A DNA stretch of 60,891 bases, filler included, from Basidiobolus ranarum (taxonomy: Eukaryota), in the NCBI GenBank assembly GCA_040143965.1. It is 2 parts of 2 records of this genome, joined end to end, with 100 filler letters (N's around TTAATTAATTAA, not from the genome) between each part and the next. Parts side by side here need not be neighbours in the genome. Positions count along the whole stretch, not along the records: positions 1 to 30,443 come from JASJQH010006975.1; 1 more part is not named here. The stretch is one strand, 5' to 3'. Numbering within the stretch: position 1 is the first letter of the stretch; each line of letters begins with the position of its first letter. Below, one piece after another: positions 14,754 through 27,099 of this stretch. Both the position numbers and the translations under genes were made by a program. The notes below the pieces were generated by a model, which made no database searches, was not told the DNA's origin, and worked only from the letters and a program-made list of their open reading frames with translations.

Positions 14754-17700
14754 ATGAGTCGGTCACGAAGATCGCAAGGTTATCAACGATACATTGACGA
14801 GGACGATTTCAGATCTTTCAGAGATAATTTCAAACCCCAATCCCATAACAGAGGGTTCAATAGTAGAGGTAGATACCCTCCACCTTTTTCGCAGCAACAT
14901 TTACCACCTATCTCTGACGAAAAGTTGAGATGTCTACTCGAACTCCGAATAAATCTTCGCAATGTTTGCTTTTCAGCTACTGCAGCTGAGGTTAAAAGCT
15001 TTCTTTCACAATTTGGCCATGTGGAAGTTTGTTCTATAGACAAAGATGAATATACTGAACGCCCTTTAGGTACAGGATATGTGATATTCAAACCCCCTCC
15101 AGAAAAGCTGACTTTCCTTTCAATGAACCATGTATTTAAAAGAAGAGCTCTGATACTTGAATTACCTGAACCAGAAAAATATCAACGTAGAAGTCATTCA
15201 AATGAAACTTTTAAGGCGGACGTGCTTCAGTTTGGTTTTTTGGTAGGGCCGACGAAATACTTAACTGAATGGGAATTAAAAGAAAACGTGAATCTAAGTA
15301 TAGACTATACAATTAGAACAATCAACCTTCAGTTCGATGTACGTGGTCGGGAATACAAACTAACTTCGAACTTTAAGGAAGTAGAACATGAAATTGCGGT
15401 CCAGGATAACTCGAATCAATTGATCTTGACCATGGCCTTCAACTATCCCCCTCGTTTTTGGATTAAAGACGACAAGCATGTTGGCAAAGATCGGTTCTAT
15501 TGGAGTACTCACGATTGCTGGAAGCGTATAACTAAATTATGGATGGTTCCGGTTACTATGGAGATGGCTTCAAGTAAAGAGCCAGCCACGATTTATTATC
15601 CGGACGAGGCGGTGCAATTGGGAAACTGGAGAATTTATCGGTTACATTTTAATGGAGCCTCTCAAAGTAGGATAAGACGTGAATTGGGGAATTTTATTAC
15701 TAAGGCTTCGAAGTACAACCTGATAAAAAAGCGTAGTCTCTTTAACTCGGTAGAAATCGCCAATAAAGACGAGTATACTCGATCACGTGTAGATATCACA
15801 GCACTTCCATTCGAAATACAATACATGATCGAATGCTTACTCTCTCATGATGTAATTAACGAGTATAGTGTTAACCAAGATTTCGTGGATCTTTTAAGCG
15901 ACATGTCACCTAGAATAGCCTTAGCAACACTGGAATTGATGCACGGGCTGAAGAAACCCATTTATAACATTATGAAGTCTATGATGAAGCAGACACAAAA
16001 CCTCAACCAGATCTATCGTACTACGGGAAAGGTGGCTCAACACGCCATCATGATACGCAAAGTAACCATAACTCCAACAAAGATTTACATTGAACCACCC
16101 AGCATTGAGACCTCCAACCGGGTAATCCGACATTTCTCCAATGAAAGAGAAAATTTTCTGAGGATAAATTTCTCCGAAGAAGGTTTTTTAAAGATTGGCG
16201 TTAACACCACCACTTTGGGACAGGTATATAGTCGACTTTACAACGTTTTGGTTCATGGTCTCGTTATTGGTAATAAACACTACGAGTTTCTCGCCTTCTC
16301 GTCCAGCCAGCTCCGTGAGCATGGATGTTGGTTCTTTGCGTCCACCGAAAAAGTGACTGCACACTCTATTCGTCACTGGATGGGGGACTTTCGATCGATC
16401 AAGAACATCGCTAAATATGCTTCTCGAATGGGTCAGTGTTTCTCTAGTACTCGAGCCATTGCTATGCAACCGGTCAAAGATATTCGGATGATACCGGATA
16501 TTGTCAGAAACGGATACACCTTCTCGGATGGTGTGGGTAAAGTGTCAATTGCTCTATGCAAGAAAATTGCCAAAACGTTGGATTTAGACCATGTTCCACC
16601 CGTCTTCCAATTTCGGTTGGGTGGTTGTAAAGGTGTCCTGGCACTATCCCCTTTCGTTCGAGGTGACCAGATACAGATTAGGCCTAGTCAAATCAAATTT
16701 GAATCTCACCACAACATCTTGGAGATTGTCAAAGTCTCTACATACATCCCATGCTATCTCAATCGACAAATTATCACATTGTTATCTTCCTTAGGAGTTC
16801 CGGACCAAGTATTTTTGAATCTGCAACAACACATGATAAAGCAGCTCAAGACGATCTCCACGGACGACGCGACAGCCATCAAAGTATTAACTCAAAATAC
16901 TGATGAGTACGGAATCACCCGAAGAATGATTGAGCTTATCAAGGCAGGACATCGCACGAGACAGGATCCATTTATCGTTAATTTGTTAACGCTTTTCCAA
17001 GTCTCCTTGCTCAAAGATATCAAGACAAGAGCACGGATCCATGTCTCCAAAGGATGCTTTCTAATGGGGGTATTGGACGAGACCATGAGTTTGCAGGAGA
17101 ATCAAATCTTCGTACAATACTCGGATCCAGAGAACCCAAACAGGCGTAAAGTGATTGTAGGTACATGCATCGTTACTAGGAACCCATGTTTTCACCCCGG
17201 CGACATTCGTGTAGTTCAAGCGGTTAATATTAAGGGTTTATCCCACTTGTACGATTGTGTGGCATTCTCTGCGCTTGGCTTTCGAGATACACCCAGCCAA
17301 TGTAGTGGCGGTGATTTAGATGGAGATTTCTTCACGTAAAAGAATTCTATTTACTACTTGTCTCATTCTTTAACTCATACTAACCCTTCTCTTAGTGTAA
17401 TATGGGACCCAAATCTTATTCCACCAACCAAGAATTACTCTCCTATGGAGTATGACCCTCCCGGCCCAGTGGAAGTGGATGAAGTACAGATAGATCACAT
17501 CAAGAAGTTCTTTGTCAATTACATCGCTAGCGATAACTTGGGACAAATATCGAATGCACATCTAGTCCACGCAGACAAACACCCTGATGGGGCATTCAAT
17601 GGGATTTGCTTACGATTAGCTCAATTGAATTCACGTGCGGTAGATTTCCCGAAAACCGGAGTACCAGCAGAATTCGAACCAGGCCTAAAAGTCAAAGAGT

Positions 17701-18527
17701 ATCCGGATTTTATGGAGAAACCGGAAGGGATTCCAACCTACAACTCGACTAGAATCCAGGGGAAGATGTATCGTTCAATAACTACTCAAAAATTCGTCCT
17801 TGCACCACCGGTAGGGTTAGATGAACGCTTACTAGTACCAGGATACGAAGAGTATCTCGAGGATGCTAGAAATCAAAAAGCAAGTTATGACATGACTTTA
17901 TTCGGGATTCTAAAGCAATATGGAATTCCAACGGAATACGAGGTGATCAGTGGGTTTATGGATAAATGGGTCATACTACTTGGTCGTAGAAAACATAGTG
18001 TACGCGAGCGTGTTATGGATTCCTATATGGCAGTGCGTTCTGCGTATATACATCAATTCGAAGAAGAATTCTATGATAAAAGCACTCAACTTATCCCCTA
18101 CGACGCCAAAGAAGCTATCTACAAGAAAGCCTCCGCGTGGTACTATACTACATATAGTCCAGATGAGGGAAATAAGAACAGTGCTATTCCTACGTTCTAT
18201 TCATTCCCTTGGGTTGTAGATCGTTATTTAAATGAGATTGCATTAAATCATCATCACTTGTCACAAACTAAACCTAAACCTAAACCCAGTATCTCCTTAT
18301 CTGGCCAAACATATCTGCTCACTTCGGAATCTAAGGACTCAACCGGCAATCAACTGAACGAAACTGTAGAGGTGGCCGATATCGAAGGAATGGACATTTC
18401 AGAAGCCAGCCAAGTCAGTGATATGGAATTGTCAAACGACCTTGTCAGTGACTCTACACGATTCAAGCAGTTTGATATTAACGATGAAGAGGATGATTTA
18501 GAGGAATTTGCAATGGATTTCCTTTGA
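14754..18527 (+). CDS. Eukaryotic RNA-dependent RNA polymerase (RNAi pathway) with N-terminal RRM
   Basis: RRM-like start (LRINLRNV...GTGYVIF), FLAFSSSQLR, ASRMGQCFS, FSDGVG, QFRLGGCKG, RNPCFHPGD and catalytic SGGDLDGD. One 60-nt intron at 17336-17395 joins the two ORFs. Confidence 0.96.
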
Positions 18528-20592
18528 ATAGCAACCTAAATTAATGGACTATCTTAACTTGTTAATGTATATTTTGATATTAGTGATTAAGTAAATGTCA
18601 AGTATAATATGGACATAGCTACAAAAGGAATTGCCCGACACCCAACCCTAGCCATTGACTTGTTAATATATTAGTAACCTTGTATACTCTCACATGCGAA
18701 TACACTGGTAATAAATTGAACCTTGTATTGCATTGCATTATTACTACGTACCATATTGTCTGGTGGAATAATGGAAAACTTCTCTGGAAGATGACCTTGA
18801 AAACTGTTAGCATATATCTTTTATAGCAACTTTATATCTAGGGTTTTCCCTTCGCTCAGTTGGGGTTCTTCCCAATTTTCATTGTAAACAATATATCCAT
18901 CATTTCCTATTCCAACCCGATTATCCTCTCTCTGATTTCAGCGAAAACCTCTCTTTGATGGAGTAAACAAAGGCTTAGATCGTAACTTAGCTACGTGCAT
19001 CCACCCCTTAGCCCAATCACCCTTAAGCATTATGTGCTACCTAATTCCCTAACTCCTCCCAGTTCCTAGTATAACAAAGCCCACGCATGCAAATACACTG
19101 ACTTTTGTTAATAGATGGAATCGACAAAGAACAAGTCACAGATCTCCACACAAAGTTGAGATTCTTAAAATGACATTACAACTAGCTCTGGACCATTAGG
19201 TTGTACGAATTAGTAAGCTTCATTCACGATGGAATCGACCAATCATTTTACCAAAGTATACTATAGATGCACAACGTAATATTTCACTTGGCCACTTACA
19301 ACTAGGAAATTAAGCACATTCCAAAATACCCTCTCCCTCAATTCACCTCAAAAGGAGATTTTGATAAGCCTATTATGCTGTTGTAGAACATCGAAAATCC
19401 AGAGATAAGCACGAATCTATTAATAGCTATCTCACTGGCCCTAGCCAATAGCCACCGCAGAGAAAATTAGGTTGTGGCGATGTTTCAACTAAGCCAAGTT
19501 AAAGTTTTCAACCACCTAAGTACCCAGATGAGCCCATGCCCATTAAGTAGAGACAGGTTTTACTATTCAATCCTATCGGGACACGAAGAAAGGCGAATCG
19601 TTCGAATCCATCGCTTCCATATCATCCACACCCAAAACCCAAATCACCCTCATTTAGGAAAGTAAAATGTTAAACAAATCATCCTCCAGAGAAACTTAAA
19701 CTAGGTTAGTCTTTGCGCAATGTGTTTAGAATCAAGGGCTTGATTCGTGTATTAAGCTCAAGTCTAGATTTTTTAAACACCTCTTGATTTGTAACTCACC
19801 TTTGTTAAATTGGGTTTCCGCAGAAGCAGCCAATGAGTAGTTAATCCGCACCCATTAATCATAAGAAAACTTTTCCTTTTATGGTGTAATGTCGCATATG
19901 ATAGCTCGGAAGCAATAATATCGTCAACCTCCGGTAAACCGCGCTATCCTATTGTCTCAACCCTGACCGATTATCTCACTTTCTCACCTATGTTGTGAGC
20001 TTTTCTGGAAAGAAGAAGTAAGGTTAGGCCCTGGCTTTATAACGAACGAGACAGAATTGATCTGATTTAGAAGGAGTTGAGACTATGTTGATCTGTTTAG
20101 GCCCACTATATGCAGACGTTTCCCCCTTTACTCAGTCACCCCCAAAAGTTGAAGCTTACGGCTGGAATGAACCCCGTTCCGTATAATTCACCGAGAAAGT
20201 AGAAAACACGGTAAAAAAGTACCCCATTTGTCTTCGGCTCTTTTTAAAGTTAATCTCAACCATCAGAATTGGCTAAGTATCCCATGAAACTTCATCCATT
20301 AAAAATTTACTATTCCCTTGGAGATATTTCATTGGATAAGCTTGATGATTGTGCCATTTCTCCTTTAAATTGACTTCCTCGAGTTTGTTATGCTGAAATT
20401 AGCGCTTGAATGGGATCCTCTGTTTATCCGGTATTGACCTGTAAATTGGATAAACATGCCTGAGGGAAATCCACCTGATAAAATTATTACCGAATGAGGC
20501 CATTGCTTTATATGTCTGAGCTATGTGTAGCTTATATCTTTAATTGGACCAGCTGTTCTGTCCAATAAGATGTGCTTACTTGGCCCACTACC

Positions 20593-20600
20593 TATAAATA
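20593..20600 (+). promoter_or_regulatory. TATA box upstream of the WOPR gene
   Basis: TATAAATA about 130 nt upstream of ATG 20728, followed by a pyrimidine-rich leader. Confidence 0.45.
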
Positions 20601-20727
20601 ACACACTTGACCCACATCTTTCATCATTCTTCCGTTTCTTGAATTTTATTACAGCCGGTGATCTTACTACATCGACCTTTACTGTTTATATTTCCCTATC
20701 TCTTACTATAATCACACAAATTCATCA

Positions 20728-21597
20728 ATGGAGACCTACTACGGATATGTCGAGTCTGTTCACGATGCCCTGTTGATTTTTGAAGCCTGTCGACTAGGTC
20801 TTCTCCACCGCGTTCAACGTCGTTTGAGCGAGAAAGAGAGACAGAGAATTCGATCTGGTTCCGTCTTTGTATGGGAAGAGGAAGAATCTGGTATGCGTCG
20901 TTGGACCGATGGACGCACTTGGTCTCCATCCAGAGTCCACGGTAGCTTCCTTACCTATCGCGAGCTTGACAACAAGCGAAAATCTGGTAAACTCAGCGAT
21001 ACACCTTCTCCCACTTTATCATGTAATGAACCAGATTTTGATACTCGCTCGCACAATTCTCATCATTCCGATGATTTTCAGTATAAAAATAACGGAATGA
21101 TCAAGCAATCTTTGTCAGTCACTACCGCTAACAATCGCAAACTTCATCTCATTTGTTATTTCAACAAGGAGCACGTATTCACTGGTAATTTGAAGCTCCC
21201 TTCCCAAGATGCCTCCTTAAGTCATATCGTTGTTCCTAAAGGTGTTTACCCTGATATGTCAAATGAGCTCTACTCTTCAAACCATGTTGAGTCCCGTATT
21301 CACAAGCACCGCGAAGAGAACATGAAGGCTGATCGCTTTACACCCTATGGACGTGTACCAAATTCTTTCTCCAATCATGCTACCATCGTTTACGACCGTC
21401 ATCGTTTACCAAGTCCAGCCAGCTCTGAGGCTTCCCATCGCGAGATTGAATTGGCACCTCTAAGTAGTATCACATGTGCACCAATGTACAATTTGCCCCC
21501 ACCTTCTATGCCTTACCAAGATATCAGTCTTGATCGTATCCCCTTCAATGAGGACCGTCGTCAACTGGCTATGCTGACAACGGGGTTATGTCTGTGA
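20728..21597 (+). CDS. Gti1/Pac2 (WOPR) family transcription factor
   Basis: METYYGYVESVHDALLIFEACRLG...IRSGSVFVWEEEESGMRRWTDGRTWSPSRVHGSFLTYRE (WOPRa) and GMIKQSLSV...HLICYF (WOPRb). Confidence 0.95.
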   Translation: METYYGYVESVHDALLIFEACRLGLLHRVQRRLSEKERQRIRSGSVFVWEEEESGMRRWTDGRTWSPSRVHGSFLTYRELDNKRKSGKLSDTPSPTLSCNEPDFDTRSHNSHHSDDFQYKNNGMIKQSLSVTTANNRKLHLICYFNKEHVFTGNLKLPSQDASLSHIVVPKGVYPDMSNELYSSNHVESRIHKHREENMKADRFTPYGRVPNSFSNHATIVYDRHRLPSPASSEASHREIELAPLSSITCAPMYNLPPPSMPYQDISLDRIPFNEDRRQLAMLTTGLCL

Positions 21598-22917
21598 GGC
21601 CATCCACATAGGAATTATTGTTGATATAATTGTGAATCAGATCATCTGGAAATGTTCTCTTTTAATGACTATAGAAATACCAACTCTACAGGTATTGCAA
21701 GCTTCGTATGTACTTCACTTTTCCCTTTGGTCAGTTTAATATTTAGAATAGTGTAATTCATCTTTATGGGAATTTGCTAGACATCGGTATCTAAGTTGTA
21801 GTTAGCTTTCTTTTTTGTAAATAAATCTTTCCCACTCCATACCAATTTTTATGCATTCATTATGTTACTTCTTCGGTTGTAATTACATCATAAAAACATC
21901 CTTGCTCTAAATGACTCAAGTGATCGTAAGTTCTCATTGTTTCCGAATAATGAATTGGGCTGAGCTTGTCGAGTGAGATTGGAATGAATGGAAAGGGAAG
22001 GAAAGGAAATCAAATGACATCGCTAAGCTTGAGCATCTCGGGTAATTCCAATTCCAGCCAAGACGTGATTCGGAAGGATTATAATCCATTATTACTAATG
22101 CTGAGGTATAGTTAAAAGGACAAGAATGATCGATAAGGTTCTCGAATACTTGATTCAGCATGTCTCATGAGTCTTATACTAAATAAGGTTAAGGAAGAGC
22201 ATATTCATTGGTTAGGTTCAACTTTATTCTTTATTAGGGTTGATTGTGCGTGTGTTGTTCACCTTACTAATATTCCCATTTCTCCGTTCAATAGACATCC
22301 TATGCTAGCGATTGTCTAACCGAGTAGCCCAGCGGATAGCGGAAAATCGAAAGCCAATGATACGTAACCGGTTTGCTCTAGGTGTCACAAGCAAAATGTG
22401 GATTGGTGGAATCGAGCTTAATTCAGTGTGGAACAATGAAAAAAGGTTATTTATTCCATGCAAGCCCTAACCCCTACCCCTAGTACTCTTAGTAAATTCG
22501 CGTAGTGCCATCTTAAATGGGTACTACAAAACTATATTAATTATCGTTGAACGTCCTACACTATTTCTCTTTATAGAAATCGTGATGAGCGGACAAATCA
22601 CGGAACTATTTCTTCCAAAACCACCTGATTCAGATCCGTCGGGTAAGGGTTAGGGTTGCCTCGCTCGCTCGCAGAATATATATGGATTTTCAATCATGCT
22701 TTCTCATTTGGTGGGTGTAAATTGTCATGGGAAGGTTGGGATTTGGATGTGCTACCAAGTGTCTTTGGATTAGTCAGGTAAGAGAGTTCTTTATTACTAT
22801 TTATTATAGTTAATCTATCACATGAATGGATTCCATTTAGTTTAGTGTATAATTAGCATAGCTATAGAATCCCCATATAAATCAGTACAAAGAATGGTGT
22901 GCTGTCATTTAAGTAGG

Positions 22918-23833
22918 TTAGCTGTGGTTAGTGAGATTTACATCATTGCTTTCAGATAGTAAATCTATGCTTTTGGGTGAATGATCGCATCTACGAGCAA
23001 TGTAATGTGCTTTTTGTAGATGAACTTGAGACAAATCATGAACGGGTATCTTGGCAGTGAAATATATGGTTCCAGAATCTAAGCTTCGATGTTAGTGTTC
23101 AAAGCAAACTTACAAAGTATGCAGTAGATTTCTTACCTGGAATCGTCGAAGTTGCTCCACGTTCATTACCAGATATAGTTAACTCTCCTTGAAAACTATA
23201 GGAAAATTCATCCTCCCAAGTGGCATCTCCGTTACTATGTAAAAGTATCTCCCTAGATTCTCTTTCAATTTTGCTACCACTATAAAGGTCATTAGTACTA
23301 TTCTTCTTAGATAGTTACGATAAAAATAAGATTAGAATAACTTACCTGACATTAAAACCAGTTACAATACGTTTAGGTGGTGGACTAAAAAGAAACCGAC
23401 ACAATTTAATCAAGGGAACTGGTAAATCGTACAAGAACCATCTATTCACCCGGAAACCTGGTTTACTTTATATTTCACGATGTTCAACGGTAATCCTAAA
23501 GAGGATTTAAACGTAGGAGATGCTACGAAAAGTACCTCTTCTAGAATCTTATCTGTGATGGGTAAAGTGAGTTAATTTCCTGAAATACTCTCTAGATTTA
23601 ACAAAAGATCTACCTTCAAGAATGGACTTTTCTTCTTCAATATTTGCTCCGAATTTTATGGTTTGATATCTGTATGGAATGAACCATGACTGATTACGTC
23701 CATATATCTGATATATGGTATATCCAGTATAAGCAAACGCCGAAGTGCCAAACAATAGACCTAAAATACCGAATGTATTGGATACATTGGAAGACGAACT
23801 GGTGCTATCAAATGAAGGAAAACTTAAACTCAA
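22918..23833 (-). pseudogene. Four-exon gene of unknown family with N-terminal TM anchor, probably pseudogenised
   Basis: Phase-consistent exons 23833-23553, 23495-23346, 23279-23137 and 23078-22918. Lesions: no ATG (TTG at 23833), first donor reads AG|ATAAG instead of GTAAG, and an in-frame TAA at 23470-23468. Confidence 0.6.
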
Positions 23834-24553
23834 TTCTTTGCCTTAATTATTGCTCTTTAAAATAGTGCTTACAAAGTACGTGATAGGTGTCGGTTGGTAA
23901 ACAAACGTTGTTTGCTTGCTGAAAGAACACAACTGTTTCGGGCAATTCTAAAAATATTATACATGACAAAAAAAATCGGAATCTCTTTTTCTCACAGCTT
24001 TGGTACTAATAGGCTGTTGTCACTTAATACACTCTAAAAGGCGGGGGAAGCTCGAGAGCGAAGTTAGTTGGTGAATGCAGTGGCTGGTGTCGAGTTGATG
24101 TGTCATTAATTGATCACTACATTAAATCAAGTCACCTATAACGTACGATACCGCATTGACGTAACCAAAAGAGTCAGGAAATGTCGGTAAATAATTTCTA
24201 ATAGAATTCCCTTGATTGATTGCCAAATTACTCCTTTATATCTAAATATCGCGATGATTTCAGTAGATATTTAACAAGAGCATACATTCGAATGTCAATC
24301 AAATATCATGGAGCTCTCGAAACTAGAATGATTTCGGATTTTTTGAAGGCCTATCTATTTCATAGTCCTAATAGAACATCGAATTATCTTATCATCCCAA
24401 GTGGTTTCTATCGTATTGTACAAAGTGCTTCCGAATAACATTGCACCATTTCTGGCTCACGAATACTCTGCGCGTCATTTAAAATTATCCTATCACTTTC
24501 ATAGTCAGTTTATATAAACTACTTAGAGAGCATATAAGCCATTTCATTACAAG

Positions 24554-25710
24554 ATGACCTCGAATGGTGGTTTACAACGTCGACGTGTTGCTGGAAGCTC
24601 TCAAAATATAAACGATGATTTTTCCGAAGATACAAGTTCACAGACTCCAAATAGGTCACCAAAAGAAACTTCCTCCAATATCCCCAAAAGTGGTAAAGAA
24701 TTCGATAGGCTATCCCCTACACTCACACTAATGGAAGAGGTGTTACTACTTGGTCTGAAAGATAAACAGGTAAATGGTTATCTGTGGTTCAAAACCACCC
24801 CAGTTTTTTTTTATACCAGAGACCGATATATCTTTTAACTGCATTTTTTTCAGGGGTATTTATCTTTCTGGAATGATAACATTAGTTATGCTTTACGAGG
24901 TTGTATCATGTTGGAATTGGCACTGAGAAATCGAATCTCCATCGTCAAAGACTCCGCATATAGCTACACTCGACTAAGTGATAGATTGGTAGAGTTGATA
25001 GATTCTAGTTTAACCGGTGAAGTGCTGCTTGACGAAGCAATCAAACTCATGAAGTCCACACAAGAACGTTTAAGTGTAGGGAATTGGATTGATTATATGA
25101 GTGGTGAGTTCAGATTCATTTACCCTTTCAAAGGGAATTCACATATACCAGAGACGAGAAACCATCTCAACTTTATTCCTCCTTAGGGGAAACTTGGAAC
25201 TTGACTAAGGTTGGCTACCAACTAAAACAAGTCCGCGAAAGACTTGCCAAAGGTTTGGTGGATAAAGGCGTTTTACGTAATGAAAAACGAAGCTTTTTGA
25301 TTTTCGATATGGCTACACATCCAGTAAGCGATGCAACAACCAAGAACGAAATCCTTAAAAGAGTGACCACTACTCTACTCTTGACTTCTGATAATGCTTT
25401 AACTACAACCCTCTTGGAAAATCCAGATGAAAGTTTCAAACCAGTGTTACAATTACGTACCATTTTATTGATATGTAGTGCATATGCTGCGAATGTGTTG
25501 GAAAACGCATTGTGGAATATGGATCTGGAGGAAAGAGAGAAGTGTTTTGATAAAGTGGAAGGGTTTTATAGAATGTACGGTGTATGGCCAGTGGTTGCTA
25601 GTGCTAAGAGCTACTTAGAAAACTGTGAGAAAGCTGGGTCTTCTAAAGGAGCGCTTGAAGTAATCTCGGCTGTATTGGATGTTATGAGTAGAATGGATAG
25701 CTTATTGTAA
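24554..25710 (+). CDS. VPS74: Golgi phosphoprotein 3 / Vps74 (GPP34 domain), three exons
   Basis: GGLQRRRV N-terminus, [76 protein letters not shown]. Confidence 0.96.
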
Positions 25711-26177
25711 TTGTTTACTCATTCATACTCATATTTTCTCAATCGATGAACCTTTCCATTTTATTTAATACTGTTAGGTTGGGTTTAGTATAAAAGCAGT
25801 TTCGTATGTATAACATATCATTCATGTTTCTTTGCCCCACACTTGTTCAAAGCCTATACGCGTATTGATACTTTTAAATAAAACGTGTTTATATTCGTGA
25901 TACCAAGCTATTCCATTCCAAGTTGCTCTTGTATTCTTCATACAGCACTATAATAATTAATTAATATTCATTACGGACTTACTCCATTACTTAGATCCAA
26001 CTATTATATCTCATCTCTCTATACTTTAAATGAATTAAAAAGTTAAACTGTTTTAAAGGATGCCAAGGAAATAACTCTCTGGATAGATTCTACTTCCACA
26101 ATAACCCAAAAGTTCATGGGAGAAAGATTAAACATAGAATTTATTGATGGCTTTTGTATGCAAGGAATAGATGTCCA

Positions 26178-26297
26178 TTATTCAAGTTTCTTGGCTCCCT
26201 TGGAATTCACGGCGATTAAATGATAAATAATGATGAATGCCATCAAAGTGGCACCGAGTCCATTAACCAACAAAGTAAGAGTAACGTCGGAAAGCAT
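26178..26297 (-). CDS. OST4: Oligosaccharyltransferase subunit OST4 (39-aa microprotein, absent from the ORF track)
   Basis: Translated by hand: MLSDVTLTLLVNGLGATLMAFIIIYHLIAVNSKGAKKLE*, matching the OST4 pattern M-x-S/T-D-x2-L...N-x-LG...YH-x2-AVN. Confidence 0.9.
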   Translation of the reverse strand: MLSDVTLTLLVNGLGATLMAFIIIYHLIAVNSKGAKKLE

Positions 26298-27099
26298 GTT
26301 TAATTTGACTTGTAGGAGTTACTAGATGGTTTATTCAAAAGGATATCAAGGGAAGCATTAGAAAAATCCTCTTTAACAGTATATTGGTGAATTATATGTA
26401 CCTGTGACCAGTTCGTTTCGTGAATAACTTCAAAGAGTCCTGGTAATTGACTTTTACTTGAATAAGTTACCTACTGAGTATTATATGATTGAATTACAAT
26501 CCAGTAGTGGAAGTTGAGTTTGCTTTTGGACGAATCAGATGAGGTCAAGTAGATTTTGGATTTGGCATGAAATTCATCGTTATGAATTATTTGGTCAAGT
26601 CAATACCACGAACCACAAGTGCATCTTCAATAGTTTTTGTGAGCAAACGTCACACATAATGTTGATCTCGAATAAATGCCATTAATATCACTGGTGTAAA
26701 GCAACTCCATGGCTATTACAGCAACATTGCGTATCATTCAAACTTTTAAGACTATGCTAACAATGTGTTGAGAAGGCATTATTGAATTGAATTTGATTGG
26801 CCGAAAATTATGGTTATTAGAATTGATGTTTACCAAGTTGGCAGATATATATATGTACGTAGTCGAGAGAAACAGTGAGGGGATGAAGAAAGATGGAGCT
26901 AAAAATGCGTAAAGGATGAAAAAAATTACATGTAATCAAGTGTAGGTGAACAATACAATGTAACCTAGTGAAAATCTAAACCAAAACCATGCAAGATAGG
27001 GAAAAGTGGGTTACGAGGAAAAGGACAGCAATATATGATAAGGTCATGAGTACACTAAGGTATCGTGTATCCCAAAGGAAAGTCGTATTGAAGATGTTG

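Noticed and set aside
9587-18527. SUV3 helicase and RdRP as a linked RNA-defence module
   Set aside because: SUV3 is a standard mitochondrial degradosome helicase and is separated from the RdRP by TOK1; the proximity is probably coincidental.
26500-26680. Possible C/D-box snoRNA upstream of OST4 (GATGA...CTGA on the minus strand)
   Set aside because: Box C is imperfect, and I found no convincing terminal stem or rRNA guide.
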